Shown piece by piece: positions 13,006-25,254 of a stretch of 64,000 bases of DNA. This stretch comes from Octopus vulgaris (lineage: Eukaryota). The position numbers and the translations under genes are program-made. Under the pieces are notes generated by a model, which saw only the letters and a program-made list of their open reading frames with translations, was not told the DNA's origin and searched no databases. The stretch is taken from the NCBI GenBank assembly GCA_951406725.2, contig OX597828.1, positions 19,964,001 through 20,028,000 on the forward strand, read 5' to 3'. How positions within the stretch are numbered: position 1 is the first letter of the stretch; every line of letters begins with the position of its first letter.

Positions 13006-13355
13006 TCAGTAATAATATAGGGTGAAATTAATTAATTTGGAATAATCATTAATTTCACCAAGTAGATTTCGGCATGTAAAAGCCTCATTCGAGGAAAGTT
13101 TAAGTAATACTAAGTAATTAAGGGTTTACCAACGATTTGCCTCACCACACACCGAAATTTAGAAATAGCAGTCAAAGAGTTATAGCTATTCTTTCTACTA
13201 AAAGGGAGATCTCAGTAAAACCACAGCACTTGAAAGTGCTGTGGTTTTACTGAGATCTCCCTTTTAGTAGAAAGAATAGCTATAACTCTTTGACTGCTAT
13301 TTCTAAATTTCGGTGTGTGGTGAGGCAAATCGTTGCTAAACCCTTAATTACTTAG

Positions 13356-13358
<3 letters not shown>
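13003..13358 (-). mobile_element. fold-back element between two (TA)n tracts, with 125-bp near-perfect palindrome
   Basis: Arms 13107-13231 and 13234-13358, one mismatch, 2-nt loop; hammerhead-like motif on minus strand at ~13052-13100. Confidence 0.75.
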
Positions 13359-13383
<25 letters not shown>

Positions 13384-13386
<3 letters not shown>

Positions 13387-13540
13387 GAAATTTACAAACA
13401 AAAGACGAAGACATGTGCATAAACAACAAGTAGGTGCATTAGTTTAACGGTCGGAAAAATGAGAAAATCTTTTACGTTTCGAACCTACGCTCTTTAACAG
13501 AAACGAACACAAGGATATAAAGAAAGAGAGAATAAAAAAA
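13384..13540 (-). mobile_element. Penelope-type terminal repeat fragment with hammerhead-like motif
   Basis: Minus strand TTTCTGTTAAAGAGCGTAGGTTCGAAACGTAAAAGA, homologous to 55161-55198; ends in (TA)n. Confidence 0.55.
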
Positions 13541-13597
13541 CTTTTGGAGCTAGCGGGAAATCATGGCGGCTGGCTGGACACGGAATTATCCATTGGA

Positions 13598-13725
<128 letters not shown>

Positions 13726-14904
13726 TATATATTATACACAACAAGCTTTTTTTCAGTACCCGTCTAATAAATCCACTCACGATACTTCGATCGACCGGGA
13801 TCTGTAATAGAAGACACCTGTCTAAGTAGTCACGCAGTGAGACTGAACACCAAACCATGTAATTTCGGAACTTACCACATAGACATGCCTAACACAGTAT
13901 ATCGGTAAGATGTTTCTAATTATAACGGGGTGGTGGATATATTATTAAAGATAGGCAGAATGTATCGTATAATCATTTTTGATAGTTGAATTTAAAATGA
14001 ATGAAATGAATGAAAATAGACTCATCTTTTGACTACTTTATAATTTTAAAACTTAAAAGTAAAATGTCTGAAAACGATTACTAATTATAACGTGGTCGTG
14101 GCATAATATCAACGTTGGGCTGCGCAAATTAAATCATATTTAACTTATAGGTGACTTAAAATTAAATGTAACGAATGAAGAGAAACACGATCTCTTTAAT
14201 ATAAAATTTTAAATGTATTTATCAAAGACATTGAGATACACTTTTGATTGAAGTATATGGGAATTTTAAAGATGAAAAACAGTGGTAAATAATGTTATAT
14301 AAAATCACAAGATAAGCTCGTCGTTAAATCGGTAGACAATAAAATAGTGCATATATATAGGCAAAACACAGCTAAGTAACATAAAGTATCTAACATGGTG
14401 GAATGGTTGCGAAAGCGATACTTCACATATCGTTGAAGTTAGTAGATTGCTTGAAGCATGCGGTTTACGTAGCAAATCAGTGTATTATAGAAGGCGATAG
14501 AAATGGAGATAGAACATTCCACATAGATATAAAAATATATTGATTACAAAGATATTGAGATATTACATCAGAAGCATTTAATTAGTTCAGGTAAAACGAC
14601 AATCGATATTTTTACTTTAGTTATTTTTGATATTCACTGTTATGTTTCCAGTGCTAGCGCCTTCTATAACACGCTGGTTAAAATGTGTTAGATCTTGGAT
14701 AAACGGCAAAAACAACGATAGATGTTAGCACGTCCGCCATATTACTTGTCAGATATATTGGACGACTTACTAAAATGCAATATATGAGTAAAAGTTAGTT
14801 TAAAAAACCATATAAGGAAGATTGCACGTACAAGTAGAGATCTCAATAGGTGGTTCCTACCAATGCCTCGGGTTAACGAGGAAACTTTTGAATAAACTTT
14901 GAAT

Positions 14905-16055
14905 TGTTCAACATTTGAGAAGTGAAGAAGAGGAAGGGGAGGAAGGAAGACTGAACCTTACAAAGACGTAGATTTGAGAGGTGAAGTGGAGGAAGGCGAG
15001 GAAGGAATGTTGAACATTCCAGAGAGGGGGATATCAGAGGGGAAGTAGAGGAAGGGGAGGAAGGAATGCTGAACATTCCAGGGGGATTTGAGACGTGAAG
15101 GGCAGGAAGCGGAGGAAGGAATGTTGATAATTCCAGAGAGGGGGATTTGAGAGGTGAAGGGGAGGAAGGGGAGGAAGGAATGTTGAACATTCCAGAGAGG
15201 GGGATTTGAGAGGTGAAGGGGAGGAAGGGGAGGAAGGATTGTTGAACATTCCAGAGAGGGGGATTTGAGAGGTGAAGGGTAGGAAGGGGAGGAAGGAATG
15301 TTGAACATTCCAGAGAGGGGGATTTGAGAGGTGAAGGGGAGGAAGGGGAGGAATGAATGTTGAACATTCCAGAGAGGGGGATTTGAGAGGTGAAGGGGTG
15401 TAAGGGGAGGAAGGAATGTTCAATATTCCAGGGAGGGGGATTTGAGAGGTGTAGGGGAGGAAGGAATGTTGAACATTCCAGAGAGGGGGATTTGAGAAGT
15501 GAAGGGGATGAAGGGGAGGAAGGGAATGAAGGAATGTTGAACAATCCAGAGAGGGGGATTTGAGAGGTGAAGGGGAGTAAGGGGAGGAAGGAATGTTGAA
15601 CATTCCAGAGAGGGGGATTTGAGAGGGGAAGGGGAGGAAGGGGAGGAATGAATACTGAACATTCCAAAGAGGGAGATTTCAGAGGAGAAGTGGAGGAAGT
15701 GGAGGAATTGATGTTAAACATTCCAGGGAGGGGGATTTGAGAAGGGAAGGGGAGGAAGCGGACGAAGGAATGCTGAATATTCCAAAGAGGGGGATTTGAG
15801 AAATGAAGGGGAGGAAGGCGAGGAAGGAATGTAGAATATTTCAGAGAGGGGGATTTGAGAGGGGAAGGGGAGGAAGGGGAGGAAGGAATGTTGATCATTC
15901 CAGAGAGGGGGATTTGAGAGGGGAAGTGGAGGAAGTGGGGGACGATGCTGAACATTCCAGAGAGGGGGAATTGAGAGGTGAAGGGGAGAAAGGGGACTAA
16001 AGAATGTTGATCATTCGAGATGGGGGATTTGAGAGGGGAAGGGTGGAAGGGGATG
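14905..16055. repeat. 59-bp purine-rich minisatellite, about 19-20 units
   Basis: Unit GAAGGAATGTTGAACATTCCAGAGAGGGGGATTTGAGAGGTGAAGGGGAGGAAGGGGAG; most homogeneous in the centre, degenerate at the edges. Confidence 0.95.
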
Positions 16056-16167
16056 CGCTTACAAATTCAGTGTATATGATTATAAGCATGTGGACTTTTA
16101 CATATATATATCCCCTATACACGTTGACGATGGACATGACTATCGGCTATCAATCGGAAAATCGCTG

Positions 16168-17064
16168 CATCGCGCAGTGTAATATATATATGTATTATAC
16201 ATTTATAAATAAGGATAATATCGATATTTAAATATCGATATTATCAAGTGGCCAGCATGGGAAAAATACTATACAAAGGTAATACGTTTTTTACAACTAA
16301 AAATACGTGTGTCTGAGAGACCACCACGCCGAAATAGCAGTCAAAACCCTGACTCTAAGAACCACGTTAAATGTTCATATCGCACCATGAGATAAAACAG
16401 AGGGACAACATAGACTAGCAAAAAATATTACTGAATAATTCAAGGTCCTGGATTTCTAGCTATTCTTTAAATAAGCTTTGCCTCGTCAGTTGAATATATC
16501 AGACAGGCACATAAATACAAATAAGTATATGCAGAACAAACGTTATACTTACATATACGAACGTCCATACATACATATATATGCACGTGGTTCTTAGAGT
16601 CAGGGTTTTGACTGCTATTTCGGCATGGTGGTGTCTCTCAGACACCCTTATTTTTTGTTGTAGAAAAATTATTACCTTTGTATGGTATTTTCCCCATGCT
16701 GGCCACTTGATAATATCGATATTATCCTTATTTATAAATTTATAAAATTCGTCACTATATTCACTGCGGTGTTTATTTTGATCATATCGTGCTTATGGGG
16801 TGTTTTTGGCGGGCAATTTAACTGGCCTTGTACATACGTGCATATATATGTATGTATGGACGTTCGTATATGTAAGTATAACGTTTGTTCTGCATATATT
16901 TATTTCTATTTATGTACCTATCTGATATATTCAACTGACGAGGCAAAGCTTATTTAAAGCAAAGCTAGAAATCCAGGATCTTGAATTATTCAGTAATATG
17001 TTTTGCTAGTCGATTTTGTCCCTCTGTCTTATCTCATGGTGCAACATGAACATTTAACGTGGTT

Positions 17065-17067
<3 letters not shown>
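16168..17067. repeat. interlocked inverted repeats A-B-A'-x-B'
   Basis: Core A 16201-16367 is the reverse complement of 16585-16739 (weaker extension to ~16168/~16771); B 16357-16588 is the reverse complement of 16836-17067; ends in (TA)n. Confidence 0.9.
16929..16986 (+). ncRNA. type I hammerhead ribozyme-like motif
   Basis: Stem I ATTCAA/TTGAAT, core CTGACGA, imperfect stem II GGC..GCTT-AAGC..GCT(A), GAAA, stem III TCC-A-GGA, cleavage-site TC. Confidence 0.55.
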
Positions 17068-17119
<52 letters not shown>

Positions 17120-17152
17120 GTATATATATCGTTAGCTATGTAAATATATGTA

Positions 17153-17190
<38 letters not shown>

Positions 17191-17204
17191 AACTATCTCT
17201 CTCT

Positions 17205-17265
<61 letters not shown>

Positions 17266-17453
17266 ACTACATATACATACACGCACACGCACACACTTCA
17301 AACTACCAGTCCCTTCCACTGACCATTCTCCTACGGACATGTGCAGGTAAACACACAACAAGCAGCCACTCCTATCAAAATTCTTACTTAACTTCTTCCT
17401 ATGACCTTAAATGATAGTAAGTCCATCCACACACATAGATGAAAAGCCACAAC

Positions 17454-17504
<51 letters not shown>

Positions 17505-17639
17505 CCTATCATTACAAGTACCCCCACAAAGAAACAGACCTGCGAGCACGCACATACCCACACATACACACACATCTCCTTCTCTTGCACTCTCCTGTTT
17601 TTGAAAGAACTTTTTCTTCACCCATTCCCTTCTGGTCAT

Positions 17640-17964
<325 letters not shown>

Positions 17965-18129
17965 GCGATACAATGAAGAATAGAGAACTGAACACGTGCT
18001 GTGGAGAGTAAACGTTTGAATTAACACTTTGTGACCAAAAGCTTTTTTACACAAAGTTTCACAGGTGTGAAATCGCATCTGTAAACATTTAAATAATATT
18101 CATCTAATCACAAACACACACACACACGA

Positions 18130-18160
<31 letters not shown>

Positions 18161-18186
18161 CACACACAAATATATACATATATACT

Positions 18187-18219
<33 letters not shown>

Positions 18220-18229
<10 letters not shown>

Positions 18230-18510
18230 TTAGAGACAAAACCACTATTATGCAAATCAAACAAAGAAAGACTTAATCCAATATATAAAAATTTTTATAT
18301 AAATTAAATATAACTGTATCAAAGTATTTTATTATATTTAATTTATATAATTTTTTTATGTATTGGATTAAGTCTTTCTTTGTTTGATTTGCATAATAGT
18401 GGTTTTGTCTCTAATTAATATTATATTATATTTTACTATAAAATTGGATTCAATCCGAAATCTGATTTTTCCCTGTAAATTTGGATTTATTCCCTAATAT
18501 TTATTATTAT
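18220..18510 (+). mobile_element. fold-back element in (TA)n: ~95-bp arms plus unique 85-bp end
   Basis: 18220-18313 is the reverse complement of 18332-18425; arm recurs at 43800-43870. Confidence 0.8.
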
Positions 18511-18658
18511 ATATATATATATATATACATATACGTATATATACGTATATTATATGTGTGTGTGTATGTGTCTGTGTGTGTGTGTGTGTCTGTGCGTGTG
18601 CGTGTGTATATACATATTTAATGTGTTTTGGAAATACTTTGATACAGTTATAATATTT

Positions 18659-18945
18659 GGAGAGAAGAGGTTTTTCTCAAAGAGATAAGATAGAGCAAAG
18701 AACCTTTTTAGAAAGTCGAAAGACACTAAACTTTGGGAAGCGATTTCACAAAACGTGAGTAGGCTTTGCAAGCACTTTCAGTTCTTAACGTTTTCAAACA
18801 CGTGCTTGAAAACGTTAAGAGCTGAAAGCGCTTGCACATCTATAAAAGCAAAGTCTAATCACATTTTATGAAATCTCTTCCCAAAGTTTAGTGTCTTTCG
18901 ACTTTCTAAAAAGGTTCATTTCTCAGTCTTAATTCTGAGAAAAAT

Positions 18946-18955
<10 letters not shown>
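18659..18955. repeat. ~145-bp-arm imperfect palindrome centred on CACGTG
   Basis: GAACCTTTTTAGAAAGTCGAAAGACACTAAACTTTGGGAAG..CTTAACGTTTTCAAACAC|GTGCTTGAAAACGTTAAG..CTTCCCAAAGTTTAGTGTCTTTCGACTTTCTAAAAAGGTTC. Confidence 0.9.
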
Positions 18956-19030
<75 letters not shown>

Positions 19031-19227
19031 CGTATGCACGTATGTATGTATATGCGACGGGACTTCTTCGAGTTTCCGTCTAGCAAATCCACTCAGAAGG
19101 TTTTGGTCGGCCTAGGTGATATAGCAGAAGATACTTGCACAAGGTGTCACGCAGTGGGACAGAATCCGGAGCCATGTTGTTGGGAAGGAAGCTTCTTACC
19201 ACGAACACACACAATTACATATACATA

Positions 19228-19269
<42 letters not shown>

Positions 19270-19497
19270 CACACATACCTACACACCACAGTGCAAACAT
19301 TGTAATATATATATATACCTAACTACATATTATACGCAAGGAAAACATTATCAGTGTGTGTCTTTGAGTCAGTGTTTTTTAAACCGGTGTAGGTTTGTAT
19401 ACAACCTCGTAACTTTAGTGATTCAGCAAAAGTGTTCGCTAGAAAAAGCACCAGACTTAAAGCTAAAACAAGTGCTGAGATCGATGTGTTCGACCAA

Positions 19498-20059
19498 AGT
19501 AGTTCTTCTCAGTCATCTTATACCAAAATCCTATTTTCCTCGGATGGATCCTCATCGCCATTCGATGTTTAAAAAGATACGATTATATATTTATAACAAA
19601 ATATTTTTAGGAATTCTATAACAATAATATTGTTAATATATTCTGTGTATTGTAGAAGTATAAGGAGGCGCAATGGCCCAGTGGTTAGGGCAGTCGACTC
19701 GCGTCGCGATCGGAGAATCGCGGTTTCGATTCCCAGACCGGGCGTTGTGTGTGTTTATTGAGCGAAAACACGTAAAAGCTGCACGAGGCTCCGGCAGAAG
19801 GTGTGGCGACCCCTGTTGTTCTCTTTCGCCTCAACTTTTCTCTCACTCTTTTTTCCTGTTTCTTGAGTAACACTGCGATGTACTGGCGTCCTGTCCAACT
19901 GGGGGGAATTGAAATGAATTGAATTGGCTTGGCTTGAAAAGGGTGCATAAATAAATAAGTAAAAATTGTAGAAGTATATCCAATTTATTGAAGTTAAATT
20001 TTAACAAAATCTTATTTGGACCCCTAAGGGCCAAATGAAATCCCGTTGAGAACCACTTG
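19498..20059. mobile_element. probable hAT/Charlie-like MITE nested in an old SINE-C tail
   Basis: Right end GTTGAGAACCACTTG (reverse complement resembles CAGTGGTTCTCAAC); left end degenerate; SINE-C tail sequence resumes after 20060. Confidence 0.45.
19663..19964 (+). mobile_element. SINE family A, variant tail, with TSD
   Basis: Same tRNA head as 8661; tail CTGCGATGTACTGGCGTCCTGTCCA; 14-bp TSD ATTGTAGAAGTATA (19649-19662 / 19965-19978). Confidence 0.88.
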
Positions 20060-20644
20060 GCTAAACCTTTCAAGGCGGTTTCCCATCATGGCTACCATCT
20101 AATGTCTCTGTAACATGTAAGTAATATAAGGTAAGAGAAAAGTATAAGCGCAATTAGTTTAACCTGGAGCACAATAGTCAAACCAACAACTGAGAATGAT
20201 TTTATAGGTAGTACAAAATAGTTAGGGATAAAGAAAAGTTGCCAACAGCCTCCTTTACACTGTGTTCATCTCCAAGGAAGTTCACAGTATTCTGTTTCCG
20301 CAAACCAACGAGAATATTGACTGAGCAGGGAAAACGTGATGATGGCGTTTTGGCGAAGAGAAATATCAAGAAGATGGAGAGTAATTGATAATACAGTGCC
20401 TGGAGACAAGAGAGATGTGATCAAGTAATGGAAAGTGTTCGAGCAGTATCATAGTCTCGGTGAAGAGATGTACTAAAAGATTTATCTCGAGATTCTACAT
20501 CTGGTCTCTGATAAATTGACAAGACAAATGTTTAAATAATAGGGAAAGAAAGGGGGAACGAGAGAGAGAGAGGGAGGGGGGAGAGGGTATATGTATGTAT
20601 ATGTAGGTTTGTATATAGGTATGTACGTATTGAATGATAAGTAA

Positions 20645-20696
<52 letters not shown>

Positions 20697-20949
20697 GTAG
20701 ATAGATAGCTAGCTAGATAGATAGACTATTATGATAATCACTAGGCATGATCCCCAATAGACGGATCGATAACTGTACATATATGTGCTCGTGTGTGCGC
20801 ATATATATAAAAACACACATACATACATACGCACAAATACATACATACATATATATATATATATATGTATATAGATATATACACGTATGCATATATATAT
20901 ACATCTATGTATGTATATATACATATATGCATATGTATGTGTGTATGTA

Positions 20950-21021
<72 letters not shown>

Positions 21022-21335
21022 TCATGTAGAGATATATTTATGCGTGTGTATGTGTCTGCGCATGTGCATGTTTGTATGAGTGTGTGTGTGTGTGTGTGTA
21101 TGTGTATCGAATTTTACTTTCTTGGACTTAACTCTTCTATACAACATTATATTTTTGCACAAATGGCCACACACATATATATTCACACTCTCGTACACGC
21201 ACATGCACACATCCACATCCACACACATACCCACACGTACATACGCAACGCATACATTGTTCACACTGCATACGCTTTCAAACAACCCACGCCTTCCTGT
21301 ATTATAAACCCCGCACATCTATTCGTATATGTATG

Positions 21336-22156
21336 TACATGGTCTGATCAATAATTATCCGGACCGTTCCTATAGTAACGAAGCTAAAACACGCAGAGTG
21401 AAGTCGCTTCGCACAGATTGACCTTGAACTCTGCTGTGCACGCGCACTAAGATTTAATGCTTCAGCTTAGTTCTGCTGTTTACAGCAGTGCTTGAGAGGG
21501 ACGTGTGTAGCGTGTAATCGTTGCATTGACCACGACAGAGAATCTGCATAAAATTTTGCCAGAAGCGTAGTGATATCTGCTCAGTGGTTTACGCATAGTT
21601 TTCAAAAAGTTTTCATCGTTCTTAACACAATCAAAGAGATCTTGTGCAACTCAAACCTGAGTGTCGTTTTGGGCAGCTGAAAGCAGTTTTAACACAAACT
21701 TAGCAGACACGCGTCTCATACCCGAATCTTCAGTGATAATTGAGTGGACTGAACCGTAACTAATTTGCACATCCTCTGATAACTCACGGATGGTGATTCG
21801 ACGATTTCTCCTCGCAGCTGCACGCACATCTGCGATGCTTTTCTCAGTTCTGGTCGTTGCGTATATAGGTAGAACCTTCGTTAATATCAAATTTTCTCCG
21901 GCCTTCTTGAAAAGATCTGAACCCCTCGTACACTTGTGCGCAGCTTATACCCTCCTCCCATACATTTTCTGCAACTTGGCGTAGGCCTCTGACCGGTTAT
22001 CGCCACGGTAAATATTTTCGCCATGGTCAATGCGACGATCATACGCTATACACCCTTCTTCCAAGCACTGTTGTAAACTGTGGAAAGAAGCGAGAATGCT
22101 GAAACTTAGTGAGCATCCACAGCACAATCCAAGATCAATCTTTACTAAACGGCTTC

Positions 22157-22157
<1 letters not shown>
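21336..22157 (-). mobile_element. rearranged mariner element (two 5' ends facing inward)
   Basis: TIR-like TACATGGTCTGATCAATAATTATCCGGAC at 21336; minus-strand transposase ..RNRRITIRELSEDVQISYGSVHSIITEDSGMRRVSAKFVLKLLS..AQDLFDCVKNDENFLK. Confidence 0.88.
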
Positions 22158-22195
<38 letters not shown>

Positions 22196-22522
22196 TCACA
22201 CACACGTTATCACGCACTTACAGACATGTTTTCACGGAACTTACCTAACATACACACAGTACCATCAAACCCGCTCTCAAACTAACTAAATTCATCAGAC
22301 TTACTCACACATATTCATATACAGATACACAACCAACCAAAACGCTAAAACAACGTCCTACCATTAAGCCCACCATTGGCTCACCATTAAGCGAGGACTC
22401 AAACAAACACATACATTTACATATCCGTCTCAACTTCGCTTTCCGACGGCACTTCATATGGAACATAAAATTTTTTCACGCATAATCCATTATATCCATA
22501 TGCTTCCCTATTCACAGTTTTT

Positions 22523-22560
22523 GCCTTTTCGAAGAAGGACGAGTGTTCGAAAGGTCATGG
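22523..22560 (+). ncRNA. degenerate hammerhead-like motif
   Basis: CCTTT-TCGAAGAA-GGAC GAGT GTTC-GAAA-GG-TC-ATGG; stem II and GAAA intact, core altered. Confidence 0.3.
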
Positions 22561-22673
22561 TGGCAACATTCTTTCAAAGAAAAGACTTTACTATAGTAAA
22601 TTGCTTTTATCGTGACTAATCCGGGGCAATTATTCTGGTTTAAAATTTGCAATACTCATATGCTCAGAAAGAC

Positions 22674-22960
<287 letters not shown>

Positions 22961-23007
22961 TCTGTCCGTCTGCATTTACGTAATACATGCATACATACAT
23001 ACATACA

Positions 23008-23042
<35 letters not shown>

Positions 23043-23087
23043 TTATATATAATCAGTTTTTCTTCTTTTCTTTCCCCATTCTGTGTG

Positions 23088-23139
<52 letters not shown>

Positions 23140-23380
23140 CATATACACATATATATGTGTGTGGCGTGAGTGTGTGCGTGTGTGTGTACATATGTGTGTG
23201 TATACACACACAAATCGAATCCCCTAAAAAGTTCCAAACTATTTTCCTATAAAGCGGTAAATTTTAGTTATGCTTCTTATACACGCTGTCTTGCTATGTG
23301 TGTTTGTGTGTCTGTGTGTGTATATATATATATGTATATATACACATACATGTCTTACTAAGTGTGTATATATATACATA

Positions 23381-23428
<48 letters not shown>

Positions 23429-23439
23429 GTGTATACATT

Positions 23440-23503
<64 letters not shown>

Positions 23504-23827
23504 ATATATATATCTAACGTATATATCGGAACTCGCTTAATCTAACAAGTTACATCAAACGCAAACACACTTTGAATCTTCCGTATATTCTTTTTGATGA
23601 TTGTTGTATCTTCAGCCAGTTCCCGTTCCGGATGACCGAATTAAAGTATTTATACTTCACCCATGATATTGTCTCCCTCCCAGCTTCTCTCTCTCTGTCT
23701 CTCAGGCTGCATATATAAATGTATTTGTCTATATATCTAAAGACATATGCAAATATTTGTATTTATATTACGTATTATACAGACACGTATAGTTATACAT
23801 AAATACATATATACATATATACATACA

Positions 23828-23867
<40 letters not shown>

Positions 23868-24361
23868 CATATGCATACACAGACATATAGCACAGACAAA
23901 TATATGTGTATGTGTATGTGTGTATGTGTGTGTGTGTGTGGTTATACAATCTCAATATGTATATATAGTTTGTAAAAGACGAGATAAATGGTTAACAGAA
24001 CAGAGAAATATAATATATTTAACATAGATATATAGACTTTACATGCACAATACAATTACTGTTACATACAACCACACACAGACTCATTCGCACACACTCT
24101 CTCACACATACCGACATAATCCATAACATCACACACAAACCCAGCTAAACGACTACAACTTGTTCGCATCTAAAAGTTAAACCGTTCTGTGGCGTTAAAA
24201 ATAAATCTGGGAGTTGATACGTTTCGCTCCCATAAATGCGGACCCTACTTTCTGGTATGAAACATGAACATTCTCTGGTCCCGTGCTAATCTTGTTCATA
24301 AATATTGCCCAAAACAAGTTAATACCCATCCACTTGTTTGTAATCTATACATGCGAGTATT

Positions 24362-24737
24362 TCTTGGAAGCACTCCGTCGATTACGACGATGAGGGTTCC
24401 GGTTGATCCGAATCAACGGAACAGCCTGCTCGTGAAATTAACGTGTAAGTGGCTGAGCACTCCACAGACACGTGTACCCTTGACGTAGTTCTCGGGGATA
24501 TTCAGAGAGTGACAAGGCCGGCCCTTTGAAATACAGGTACAACAGAAATAGGAAGTAAGAGTGAGAGAAAGTTGTGGTGAAAGAGTACAGCAGGGATCAC
24601 CACCATCCCCTGCCGGAGCCTCGTGGAGCTTTAGGTGTTTTCGCTCAATAAACACTTACAACGCCCGGTCTGGGAATCGAAACCGCAATCCTATGACCGC
24701 GAGTCCGCTGCCCTAACCACTGGGCCATTGCGCCTCC
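24362..24737 (-). mobile_element. SINE family A, full length with TSD
   Basis: Reverse complement of the 8661 copy; 13-bp TSD ACATGCGAGTATT (24349-24361 / 24738-24750). Confidence 0.92.
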
Positions 24738-25254
24738 ACATGCGAGTATTATTATATGCGTGTTTATACTGACAGGTTGGCAACACCACAAGCACGTCGA
24801 GCAAAATGCTTTCTTCCGTCTTCTTACGTTCTGAGTTTAAATGCTGCCGTGGTGGACTTTGCTGTTCACCTTTTCAGAGTTGATAAAATAGTTCCAGTTG
24901 AGTTGTTGGCTGGATGTAATCAGCTTGCCAGCGCCCCCTTACAAATTTTTAAAGTTCGTTATCAGTGAATTACGGCAATTTCTTTACGGTTTAATAAATG
25001 TGTTGCAAAATGAATCGCAATATCATTTCTTATATCATCTAAAAGCGTGACGTGGTGAGCAGCCAGAATCGTTGACATGCCGAGCAAAACCCTCGGAGCA
25101 TTTTGTTCTTTATGTTCTGAGTTCAAATTCCACCCTGGTCATCTCTGCCTCTCATCCTTTCGGCGTCGATAAAATATGTATTAGTAGAGCATTGGAGTCG
25201 AAGCAATGTATATGTACGTAGGTATATGTATAGAGTGTTTGAAGTGGTATACAG

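Noticed and set aside
14873-15955. 360-aa Pro/Ser/Leu-rich ORF and overlapping ORFs
   Set aside because: Translation of the 59-bp minisatellite; the unit is not a multiple of 3 and all minus frames give the same peptides.
14905-16055. CRISPR-like array (palindromic repeat)
   Set aside because: No unique spacers, no cas genes, eukaryotic context.
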